Shown in pieces: positions 1 through 8,207 of a stretch of 32,000 nt of DNA. The stretch comes from Paracoccus suum (lineage in GTDB: Bacteria > Pseudomonadota > Alphaproteobacteria > Rhodobacterales > Rhodobacteraceae): contig NZ_CP030918.1 in the NCBI RefSeq assembly GCF_003324675.1, positions 720,001-752,000 of the forward strand, read 5' to 3'. Position numbers and translations under genes: made by a program. Each line of letters starts with the position of its first letter. The stretch's first letter is position 1. The notes beneath the pieces were generated by a model. It saw only the letters and a list, made by a program, of their open reading frames with translations. It made no database searches and was not told where the DNA came from.

Positions 1-248
1 CCTTTCTCGAGGCGTTCTTTCCCGACTGGCACGGCCTCCCGGTTTTCGACAACATGCTGCAATATGTGTGGTTCAACCTGCCCGGGCTTTGGTCATGGAA
101 GGACATCCGCATCCTGCATTTTCAGTACGAGAAGCCGTGGCAGGATCACGCCAAGGCGGACCGGGTGCGCCCGCTGATTGAACTTTGGCGGGGATTTGCG
201 GAGGGGCGGGATGCGCCCGACATAGCTGGGCTAAAGGGACCGGGTTAG
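1..248 (+). CDS. Glycosyltransferase family 8 (glycogenin/LPS glycosyltransferase-like), C-terminal fragment; 5' end lies outside the window
   Basis: Frame 3 is open from the window edge (FLEAFFPDWHGLPVFDNMLQYVWFNLPGLWSWKDIRILHFQYEKPW...) to TAG at 246-248. The C-terminal ...HF...KPW motif is typical of GT8 enzymes. GC3 is high. Confidence 0.6.
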   Translation, partial: FLEAFFPDWHGLPVFDNMLQYVWFNLPGLWSWKDIRILHFQYEKPWQDHAKADRVRPLIELWRGFAEGRDAPDIAGLKGPG

Positions 249-551
249 CGCTGGGGGTGGAACCGGTGATGGTCACCTTGTGACAACCAGCGATGGCTTA
301 CCAGGACGCAGGATTGTAACCGATCTGCTTCCCACAAAAAAACAAACCTGAATTTCCGAGATTGACGGCAAAAATATGATGCGCGCAGCGTTGGGTCCGC
401 TGGGGCCCGCTCTTGTTCGCAAGAACTCCTCTCTGACGATCCTGACGCTTCCTTGGTCGGATACGTGGAAATTGGAGCTGATCGGCCAGCATGATGGTCT
501 GGCCAAGTCTTCAATATCGGGGCGAGAGCAACACCAGCACTCGGGGGTCAA

Positions 552-1454
552 ATGAAGATCGCGATAACTGGCGCAAACGGATTTGTCGGCCAATACATAA
601 CGCAAGCCGCAATGGACGCCGGCCATCAGGTCACATCCTTCGGACGCAGCAGACCCTTGCTCCCGGGGGTGACCCACAACTCTTGGTTGTTGGGCGAAAT
701 TCCCGACCTCTCTGGCCACGACGCGCTCATACATGCCGCCTTTCACCACGCCCCCGGACGCTATCGCGGCGGCGAAGGTAATGACCCTGAGGGCTTCGTT
801 CAAACCAACCTCAGTGGCAGCATCGCGCTTTTCGAATTTGCAAAAGCGGCAGGTCTCGAAGCCTGCCTGTTCTTGTCATCACGCGCGGTATTCGATGGCT
901 ACCCGCCCGGAACCTGCCTCACCGAAGACCTGACACCGCTGCCAACAACACTCTATGGCCGGGTCAAGGCCGAGGCGGAGTCCGCCCTCGCTGATCTTTC
1001 CTCCGCCACGTTCCGCACCGCCAATCTCCGGCCAACCGGCGTCTATGGGATGCCCCTCGACGGATCGCAGCATAAATGGGCAAAACTCTTCGCCGAGTTC
1101 CGTGCCGGGCAGGAAATCGAGCCGCACGTCGCAACCGAGGTCCATGCAGGCGACCTCGCTTCGGCGGTGCTACTGGCCCTAAACGACCTGACCGCGGGTG
1201 CGAAAGACGCCCGAGGGCCCACAAATCGCAATTTCAATGTCTCGGACCTGGTGTTGGACAGACGAGAGCTTCTGAAACTCTACGCCGCTAAAAATAGTCT
1301 GTCGGGAGAGAACCTCCCGCCTGCGAAAGATCGTCAGGGGCTAAAAATTCTTAGGTGCCAGCGCACCGAGGAAATCGGATGGAGGCCGGGCGGCCTTGCA
1401 CGCTTGTCGACGATGCTGGAAAATGTGGCTGTCAAATCCCCGGGCGCTCAATGA
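552..1454 (+). CDS. NAD(P)-dependent epimerase/dehydratase family protein (extended SDR)
   Basis: 300 aa with an N-terminal Rossmann GxxGxxG motif (MKIAITGANGFVGQYI). A G-rich SD lies just upstream. The gene is convergent with flgI. Confidence 0.8.
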   Translation: MKIAITGANGFVGQYITQAAMDAGHQVTSFGRSRPLLPGVTHNSWLLGEIPDLSGHDALIHAAFHHAPGRYRGGEGNDPEGFVQTNLSGSIALFEFAKAAGLEACLFLSSRAVFDGYPPGTCLTEDLTPLPTTLYGRVKAEAESALADLSSATFRTANLRPTGVYGMPLDGSQHKWAKLFAEFRAGQEIEPHVATEVHAGDLASAVLLALNDLTAGAKDARGPTNRNFNVSDLVLDRRELLKLYAAKNSLSGENLPPAKDRQGLKILRCQRTEEIGWRPGGLARLSTMLENVAVKSPGAQ

Positions 1455-1539
1455 TCTGAACTCGCCGCACTACCTCCACTCAAGAGACGACGGAGGCAGT
1501 TCGCCAAGTTACGACCGCGATCGTCCGTCACCACTCAGA

Positions 1540-2652
1540 TCAGTTGATAACCACATCTGCATGCAAAGCCCCCGCCGCATGAATGTTCTTGAGGATTTCG
1601 ATCAGATCGCGCGGGCGTACTCCCAGTGCGTTGAGCCCCGTCACGACGTCCGATAGCGACGATCCACGAACCTCCGCCAATCCGATCCCAGGATTCTCCG
1701 CAATCTGCGCTGTACTACGGGGCACAACAACCGTTTGACCCTCGCTGAACGGATTGGGCTGCACCACGTAGCTTTCATCTCGGACACGCAATGTGAGGCT
1801 TCCTTGCGAAACCGCCACGCGCGATATTCGCACGTCCTCACCCATAACCACGGTCCCGGACTTGTGGTCAATCACCACCCGGGCACGCGTTTCAGGCGTC
1901 ACCGCCAGATTTTCGATCCGGCTGACCAGGTGTGCCGGATTGGGATTTCCCAGCGCTGAGGGATCGATATCCACGGTTCCCGCATCGCGCATCACCGCGA
2001 CCTTGTCCCCCAAATCATTGTTGATCGCCCTCTCGATCCGCGCGGCGGTGGTGAAATCTGGTGTGCGAAGTGCAATTCGAAACCTCTCCATTGCCTGGAA
2101 GTCGAACGCAACCTCCCTTTCGACGCGGGCGCCCGAGGGGATGGAGCCGGAGGTTGGAACGCCTTGAACAACCTTGGTCGTGTCGTCGCCTGCCGTTACG
2201 CCCCCAGCGATGACTGAACCTTGCGCGACGGCGTAGATTTGGCCGTCGGCCGCGTTCAAGGGAGTCATGATGAGGGTTCCGCCGAGCAAGCTTTTCGCGT
2301 CCCCGATTGCCGAAACCGAGATGTCGATCTGAGACCCTGTGCGCGCAAAGGGCGGGAGCGCCGCCGTCACCAGAACGGCGGCCACGTTCTTGGGCCGAAT
2401 TTGCTCATCACCAACATTGGCGCCGAGCCGTTCTAAAAGCCCGACCAGCATTTCCTCCGTGTAGGGCGCGTTTCGCAGGCTGTCGCCACTACCGTCGAGG
2501 CCGACCACGATTCCGTAACCAACCAGATCGTTGCCCCGCATTCCGTCGAAGGTCGCAAGGTCCTTGATGCGGACCGCTTGCGCGCCCGCCGCACCAGGAG
2601 CACTAACCAAGCCGATGCAGACTATCAGAAGGCGAGCCAGCATCGACGTCAT
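1540..2652 (-). CDS. flgI: Flagellar P-ring protein FlgI
   Basis: 370 aa. A signal peptide is followed by the hallmark FlgI N-terminus VRIKDLATFDGMRGNDLVGYGIVVGLDGSGD. The ATG at 2652 overlaps the flgL stop by 1 nt (TGATG); a GTG one codon upstream (2655) is the ORF-track start. Confidence 0.93.
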   Translation of the reverse strand: MTSMLARLLIVCIGLVSAPGAAGAQAVRIKDLATFDGMRGNDLVGYGIVVGLDGSGDSLRNAPYTEEMLVGLLERLGANVGDEQIRPKNVAAVLVTAALPPFARTGSQIDISVSAIGDAKSLLGGTLIMTPLNAADGQIYAVAQGSVIAGGVTAGDDTTKVVQGVPTSGSIPSGARVEREVAFDFQAMERFRIALRTPDFTTAARIERAINNDLGDKVAVMRDAGTVDIDPSALGNPNPAHLVSRIENLAVTPETRARVVIDHKSGTVVMGEDVRISRVAVSQGSLTLRVRDESYVVQPNPFSEGQTVVVPRSTAQIAENPGIGLAEVRGSSLSDVVTGLNALGVRPRDLIEILKNIHAAGALHADVVIN

Positions 2653-3653
2653 CACAGGCGATCCGCCAGGCTCATCCGCGACAGGCGCGCAGTGATGGAG
2701 TAAAGCGTCTCTAGTTGCAGCTGCGCATTGGTCAGCGCCGTGGACGCCTCGTAGGGATCCGCCGCCGTTATACTGCCGCGAGCGATGGTCAATGTTGTGC
2801 GCTCGGCCGCGTTTCTGGTTCTGGCCAGTTCGACGCGTTCCTCCAGAACGCCTTGCGATGCCTGGGCGGAGATCAAACCGGCATCAGCGTTGATGATCAC
2901 AGTGCCGGCGGCTTGGATCAGTTTGCCGCGCTCCACTTCGCCCGGGGGGCCGCTTTTGGCGATCACCGCAAGGGCCAAGCCTTTCAAGAGGTCGCGGAAC
3001 GCCGGATTGCCCGCCGTCAGGTTGTTGCTCATCGTTTCGCCAGTCGTGAGCGGCAGCGGGCCAGCGCCCGTTATGCTGCCCGTCACGGTATTGCTCAGGT
3101 ATCCATCGCTCCCCGAAGGGGCGTCGAAAAAGTCGCTAACGGCCTGGGTAATTTCTGCCGCCGTGCTGAGGCCTGCTGTGACCGCATCAATTTGCGCCAG
3201 CAAAGCACTTTTGGTGGCGACCGCTGGCTGGTTCGAGCGCGCGCCGGCGAACAGAAACTGCCCTGCCGCCTCGGTATTCAGCAGGCTCAGCGCCGCCTCG
3301 AGTTTTTCCTCGGCCCCCGCGACGAGGTGCGCACTCGATGCCTCCATCAAGGGCGCAGACACCATTGGTCCGCCCATCCCGTCGATGAGCTTACGCATGC
3401 TGTCCAACGCTTGTTGGCCGGTCGTCAGGCGTATCTCGGCCTCCGCTGCATTTCGATCAAATGCATCGAGGCGGCGCAGGCTGTTTTCGATGCTGGCCAG
3501 CGAACGGGTGTCTCCCCGCAGACTGCCGGCAACGTCGTTCTTTTGGCCGGACGCGACTTCGCGGGTCAGTGCGTCAAGACGCGTCTTGGTTTTCGCATAG
3601 GCCTGGTTGAGGCCAAAACTGCGGGCCAAGTCACCGGCGTGAGTCAAGCGCAT
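2652..3653 (-). CDS. flgL: Flagellar hook-associated protein 3 (hook-filament junction) FlgL
   Basis: 333 aa, lying directly after flgK (TGAgATG). It has flagellin-type helical N- and C-termini (C-terminus ...LQLETLYSITARLSRMSLADRL) around an Ala/Thr/Gly-rich core. Its position between flgK and flgI supports the call. Confidence 0.75.
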   Translation of the reverse strand: MRLTHAGDLARSFGLNQAYAKTKTRLDALTREVASGQKNDVAGSLRGDTRSLASIENSLRRLDAFDRNAAEAEIRLTTGQQALDSMRKLIDGMGGPMVSAPLMEASSAHLVAGAEEKLEAALSLLNTEAAGQFLFAGARSNQPAVATKSALLAQIDAVTAGLSTAAEITQAVSDFFDAPSGSDGYLSNTVTGSITGAGPLPLTTGETMSNNLTAGNPAFRDLLKGLALAVIAKSGPPGEVERGKLIQAAGTVIINADAGLISAQASQGVLEERVELARTRNAAERTTLTIARGSITAADPYEASTALTNAQLQLETLYSITARLSRMSLADRL

Positions 3654-3654
3654 C

Positions 3655-5100
3655 TCAGATCTCCAATATTCGGGCGATCATTTCATCGGCGGCCCTGATC
3701 ACACGGGCATTGGCGGCATAAGCCTTTTCCAGACCGAGCAGACGCTGCATCTCCTGGTCCGTGTCGACGCCATCGGCGAGGAGGTCGGAATTCAGCGCGT
3801 CCACATGCGCGGCGTCGCGGGCCTGTGCATTGGCCGACTGGACACGCGCGGTGGAGGCCTGAGAAGACAGGGTGGACGCAAAGGCGGCGACGCTGCGGCT
3901 GCCTGGTGAAACCCCGGTCGAGGCAGTCTGCCTGCTGGCCATCAGGCGGTCCGCCAGCGCTGACAACTGGGTTGATCGTCCGACATCCCCCGCGATGGTC
4001 GCGCCAAGCCCGTCGCGGAGGCGCCAGTCGCCGCTGCCATCCGCCGCTAGCTGAGCCGTCAGAGACAGGCGATTGGCCAGCCCGCGCTCGCTTGCAGAGC
4101 TCGTGGCAGCACCGGCGTCAGTAAAAAGGCCAGGGTCGTCAGTAGCGAGGGTTGGATCGAGAGCCGGATCAGCGAACCGCTCGACCAAGTCGCGCGCCAT
4201 GGCGTCAAGACCGGCCTGCACCTCCGGGGCGAGCGTGTCGCGGATCGCGAAATTTGCCTGCAGCGAGCCGCCGGCGAAAAGCGACATCAGGCTGTCACCC
4301 ACGGGCTCGCCGTTCATCATCAGGCGGCCGACGGGCGGGGTTTCGACCTCCATCAAGGCGGTGACACGCCCGGCGGAGCTGAACTGAAGGTCGATCGGTT
4401 CGTCGCCGTCGAGAAGCGTGGCGCCCCCAGCCGTGAAAAGGGCGATACGGCCGTTATCGCGTGGCACCTCGCGAATCGCGACGATGTCGGCGATGGAGTC
4501 GATTGTGCGTTGGCGTTCGTCCATCAGCGTCGCGGCGTCGCGGCCGTTTGCGCGATCGATGATGATCGACCTGTTGAGGCGCGCGACGTCTTTCAGCGCG
4601 CTGCGCAAGCGGGTGACATCGGCGGAGATTCCTTCATCAGCTGAGGTCCGGGCGTCTTCGACAGCGCTTGCCGCAGTATTGATCCCACTGACCAGCGCAC
4701 CTGCGGCCAGCCTGACAGCGCCTAGGCGGACCTCGTTATCGGGACGCGATGCGGCGGAGAGGAGCGCGGCCTCCAGGTCGCTGACCCTGTCGACCAGCGA
4801 CGTGCCATCGCCAGGGACGCCGATTGCCGTCTCCATCGCCGAGCGGAAGGTCGCGACCGTCCCGCTGAAACCTTGCGCGGCCCCTGCGATCCGATGATCG
4901 CCGATCAAGGCGGCAGAGACGATACGCTCGACCGCGGCGATGCGCACGCCGCCCCCGTCGGCAAGGCCTGCCAGCACGATCTCGCGCCGCGTATAGCCGG
5001 GCGTGAGAGCATTGGCGACGTTGCCGGCAACAACCTCTGTGCCGCGCGTGACTGCGGCGAGGCCCGAGGCAGCGCTGGACAGTGCGGATGCAATACTCAT
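3655..5100 (-). CDS. flgK: Flagellar hook-associated protein 1 FlgK
   Basis: 481 aa. The N-terminus MSIASALSSAASGLAAV...VAGNVANALTPGYTRREI carries the rod/hook N-terminal motif. The C-terminus is ...KAYAANARVIRAADEMIARILEI. Confidence 0.9.
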   Translation of the reverse strand: MSIASALSSAASGLAAVTRGTEVVAGNVANALTPGYTRREIVLAGLADGGGVRIAAVERIVSAALIGDHRIAGAAQGFSGTVATFRSAMETAIGVPGDGTSLVDRVSDLEAALLSAASRPDNEVRLGAVRLAAGALVSGINTAASAVEDARTSADEGISADVTRLRSALKDVARLNRSIIIDRANGRDAATLMDERQRTIDSIADIVAIREVPRDNGRIALFTAGGATLLDGDEPIDLQFSSAGRVTALMEVETPPVGRLMMNGEPVGDSLMSLFAGGSLQANFAIRDTLAPEVQAGLDAMARDLVERFADPALDPTLATDDPGLFTDAGAATSSASERGLANRLSLTAQLAADGSGDWRLRDGLGATIAGDVGRSTQLSALADRLMASRQTASTGVSPGSRSVAAFASTLSSQASTARVQSANAQARDAAHVDALNSDLLADGVDTDQEMQRLLGLEKAYAANARVIRAADEMIARILEI

Positions 5101-5125
5101 CTCGGGGGCCTCGTTCTCAGTGGGT

Positions 5126-6475
5126 TCAGCGCTTGATGTTGGTGGTTTCCTGCAACATCTCGTCCACGGTCTGGATGACCTTGGCGTTGGACGAGTAGGC
5201 GCGCTGGGTCTGGATCAGATCCGTCAATTCGGCCGCGACATCGGTTGTGGAACCTTCACGAGCGTAGCCCCGGATGGCGCCCGTTGGACCGTCGCCGGCG
5301 TCCCACAGGAAGAACGAGCCCGAGTCGGGCGAGACCTGATAGGTCTGGTTGTTCAGGGCCGTCAGGCCGTTGGGGTTCGGCACATCGACTAGCGGGATCT
5401 GATAGATCGTGCGGATGAAGCCGGTGTCATAGGTGGCACGAAGGTAGCCGTTCTCGTCGACCTCGACGGCAGTCAGGTTACCGACGGGCGAGCCATCCTT
5501 GCTGATATTGGTGGGGGCAAAGCTGTCGGACAGCTGGGTCAGGCCGTTCGGATCGCCCACCTTGCCCAGGGCGACATCGATGGTCCCCTTGCCACCCAGG
5601 ACGTTCAGCCGAACCTTGCCGGTCGCCGGATCATATGCGGGGAAGCCTGCAGCATTGGTCACCGAGGCGATGGTGCCGCCCGAGGTCTTGGTGTCGTTGA
5701 ACACGACTTCGTAGGTGCCGATCAGGGATTCGTCGACGCCGGTCGTGGCCGAGTCGTCGGGCGTCGCCGAATCGCGGATTTCGATGGTCCAGGTGTTGGT
5801 GCCGGTCCCCGGCGTCGTCGCGACCGTCGGCTTGAAGGTGATGTTCAGCGATTCAGAGGTCCCGAGATTGCCGAAATACTCGACCTTCAGCGGGCGCGAC
5901 GCGACCTTTGCGCCGAATTCGGTATCAGTCGCGGGCAGGTTGACGCCCAGCGTCATCGCGGTCGTGGGGTCAGACGAGGTCTGGTTGGCGTTGATCACCA
6001 CCGGTTCGAGCCCGCCCAAAGTATCGCGCGGCATCACCGGGATCGTGCCGTCCGAATTCGCCGGCCAGCCCAGCAGCACCAGTCCCGAGTCGGTGCGGAG
6101 CACGCCATCGGCATCCGGGCGGAACGCCCCGGTGGTCGTCATCATGATCGGCTTTTCGCCCGACTGGCTGTTGATCGCCACCGATGTCGTGACAGGCAGC
6201 ATGCCCCGGCCGGCAATGGCGATATCGAGCGGATGCGCGGTGGAGATCATGGCACCCCGCTGATCGATCACGCGCGAGGTCGAGGCGCGCACGCCGCCGG
6301 CGGAATAGACCCCGGCGCCGCGGGACTGGTTGATCACCATGCCCTCGAAATCCGTCTGCACCCGCTTGTAGCCATAGGTGCCGGAGTTCGAGATGTTGTC
6401 GGCAATGGTCGACAGCCGGGTCGCGTTGGCGGCCAGACCGGCAACACCGGCATTGAGCGAAGAAGAGATCGACAT
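5126..6475 (-). CDS. flgE: Flagellar hook protein FlgE
   Basis: 449 aa. N-terminus MSISSSLNAGVAGLAANATRLSTIADNISNSGTYGYKR; C-terminus LIQTQRAYSSNAKVIQTVDEMLQETTNIKR. An AAGGA SD lies 8-12 nt upstream. Confidence 0.93.
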   Translation of the reverse strand: MSISSSLNAGVAGLAANATRLSTIADNISNSGTYGYKRVQTDFEGMVINQSRGAGVYSAGGVRASTSRVIDQRGAMISTAHPLDIAIAGRGMLPVTTSVAINSQSGEKPIMMTTTGAFRPDADGVLRTDSGLVLLGWPANSDGTIPVMPRDTLGGLEPVVINANQTSSDPTTAMTLGVNLPATDTEFGAKVASRPLKVEYFGNLGTSESLNITFKPTVATTPGTGTNTWTIEIRDSATPDDSATTGVDESLIGTYEVVFNDTKTSGGTIASVTNAAGFPAYDPATGKVRLNVLGGKGTIDVALGKVGDPNGLTQLSDSFAPTNISKDGSPVGNLTAVEVDENGYLRATYDTGFIRTIYQIPLVDVPNPNGLTALNNQTYQVSPDSGSFFLWDAGDGPTGAIRGYAREGSTTDVAAELTDLIQTQRAYSSNAKVIQTVDEMLQETTNIKR

Positions 6476-6532
6476 GTTGCGTCAGTCCTTGATGCGAGTC
6501 GCATGTTGAGGGTCAGACTGCGGCGCCGGGGC

Positions 6533-6548
6533 TTAACATCCGGCTAAC
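6533..6548. promoter_or_regulatory. CtrA-box-like motif TTAA-N7-CTAAC upstream of flgE
   Basis: TTAACATCCGGCTAAC lies 58-73 nt upstream of the flgE ATG and matches 7 of 8 positions of the TTAA-N7-TTAA core (TTAG-N7-TTAA on the gene strand). TTAA is rare in this GC-rich DNA. Confidence 0.3.
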
Positions 6549-6567
6549 GCGCGGCCGATTTCGGAAA

Positions 6568-7323
6568 TTATCTCAGCAGGATCAGTTCGACCCGGTTGTT
6601 GGCCGGATCCATCGGGTTGGAGGATCGCGCGCGGCGATCGCCAAAGGCGGTCACGCGGGCGGTGCGACGTGCGCCAAGGCCTGCAGCCTCGATCAGTCGG
6701 CGCGCGGTCTGAGCGCGCGACTCTGACAGTGACCAGACAGGCGAGTGGATCAGGGTCTCGGGGAAGGCATGGACATGGCCGGCAAAGGCGACCTCGTTGC
6801 GGACATGGGCGAGGACACGGGCAACGATGGCCGACAACTCCTCCATCACGCGGGTCGGCTGGGCGGTATCGGCCTGAAACAGTGGCTCGCCGGCGAGATC
6901 GCTGAGTTCGATCACCAGCCCCTCGTCGGTGACGCGGGTGACCACGTGGCGCAGCAGGTTGCGCTGCTGCATCGATTCCGCGCCGTTGCCCGACAGCTGG
7001 GTGGCGATATCCCGCGCCAGTTCGTCAAAGCCGGGCGGGGCCAGCGGTTTTCCTGCCTCGGTCGCGGTGTCAGTGCCCTCGAAGGCCATCGTCCCGCCCG
7101 ATTTGCTCTGCACGACGGTCGGATTGAAGTAATCGGCGAGGCCGGCCCGCTGCTTTTCCGTGGTCGCATTCAGCAGCCACATCAGCAGAAAAAACGCCAT
7201 CATTGCGGTGACGAAGTCGGCATAAGCGACCTTCCATGCGCCGCCGTGATGGGCTGCATGTTCGCTACCCGCCATGCGGCGGATAATGATCGGCGCAGCG
7301 TTTCGATTGGCGGGTGTGGTCAT
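6568..7323 (-). CDS. motB: Flagellar motor stator protein MotB (OmpA-like C-terminal domain)
   Basis: The sequence GGAWKVAYADFVTAMMAFFLLMWLL contains the conserved stator Asp and the TM helix. The C-terminus has a peptidoglycan-binding OmpA-like end (...NNRVELILLR). I prefer the ATG at 7323 because it has an AGGGA SD; the ORF-track start at 7353 has no SD. Confidence 0.85.
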   Translation of the reverse strand: MTTPANRNAAPIIIRRMAGSEHAAHHGGAWKVAYADFVTAMMAFFLLMWLLNATTEKQRAGLADYFNPTVVQSKSGGTMAFEGTDTATEAGKPLAPPGFDELARDIATQLSGNGAESMQQRNLLRHVVTRVTDEGLVIELSDLAGEPLFQADTAQPTRVMEELSAIVARVLAHVRNEVAFAGHVHAFPETLIHSPVWSLSESRAQTARRLIEAAGLGARRTARVTAFGDRRARSSNPMDPANNRVELILLR

Positions 7324-7505
7324 GAGCAAATCCCTGACAGTCAGCGCAACCATCTAGAGGCGAGCCATTTCGATCCAGTTAACGGATCAAATGCCCCATA
7401 ATTCCCCACTGCCGGGCACCGGGCCGCCGACACAACCAAGAGAGCGTCCAATCAAGTCCGCGCGTGCAGCTTGGAAAATCCGGGTGCCACGCCTAGGGTG
7501 CCGGC

Positions 7506-8207
7506 ATGCGCGGCGGGGTTCAGATCGATATGGCGACAGGCGCCGGGCTCATCGCCTGTCCGCGCTGTGATGCCCTGTATCAGGAAACTGAACCTGCGAC
7601 CGGTCAGCGCCTGCGCTGCCAACGGTGCAACGCGGTCCTCGCCACCTCGCGCGCTGGTTCGCTGTCGCATGTGATCGCGCTGGCCGTGACATCGGTCGTG
7701 CTGATGGCGGCTGCGGTATTCTTTCCGTTCCTCGAGATTTCGCGGATGGGGTTCGGCAACCAGACCTCGATCTTTGGCGTGGCGCTGGCGTTTTCGCATG
7801 GCTTCATGCTGCCGCTGACGCTGGCCCTGCTGGCCACCATCATCGGTCTGCCGGTGCTGAGGGCGGCGCTGATCCTTTACGTCGTCGGCCCGCTGGCCTT
7901 GGGCCGCGCGCCGCCGCGCCACGCCGCCCGCGCCTTTCGCCTGTCCGAGGAGATGCGCCCCTGGTCGATGGCCGAGATCTTTGTGATTGGCACCGCGGTC
8001 GCCATGGTCAAGCTGGCGGGCATGGCCAGCGTCAGCCTCGGGCCGGCGTTCTGGGCCTTTTGCGCGCTGATCCTGGTGAATATCGCCAGCCGCGTCTTCA
8101 TGAGCGCAACGACAATCTGGGACGCGATCGAGGATGCCGGCCATCGCACCGACGGACGCGAGGTTCGCGGTCCGGCCGACCCGGAAGCCGCCCGGATCCA
8201 GTCATGA
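7506..8207 (+). CDS. pqiA: Paraquat-inducible protein A family, N-terminal half-type protein (split PqiA)
   Basis: 233 aa with a zinc-ribbon CPRC...CQRC followed by four hydrophobic helices. Its stop overlaps the start of the next gene (ATGA at 8204-8207). An alternative ATG exists at 7530. Confidence 0.85.
   Translation: MRGGVQIDMATGAGLIACPRCDALYQETEPATGQRLRCQRCNAVLATSRAGSLSHVIALAVTSVVLMAAAVFFPFLEISRMGFGNQTSIFGVALAFSHGFMLPLTLALLATIIGLPVLRAALILYVVGPLALGRAPPRHAARAFRLSEEMRPWSMAEIFVIGTAVAMVKLAGMASVSLGPAFWAFCALILVNIASRVFMSATTIWDAIEDAGHRTDGREVRGPADPEAARIQS

Noticed and set aside
362-380. TTGACG...TATGAT, which looks like sigma-70 -35 and -10 hexamers.
   Set aside because: The hexamers are separated by only 7 nt instead of 16-18, so they cannot function together as a canonical promoter.
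273-803. 176-aa minus-strand ORF spanning the long spacer and the 5' end of the epimerase gene, plus the smaller ORFs 245-514 and 298-492.
   Set aside because: It overlaps the well-supported epimerase start, has no SD or recognisable domain, and its composition in the AT-rich part is not coding-like for this genome.
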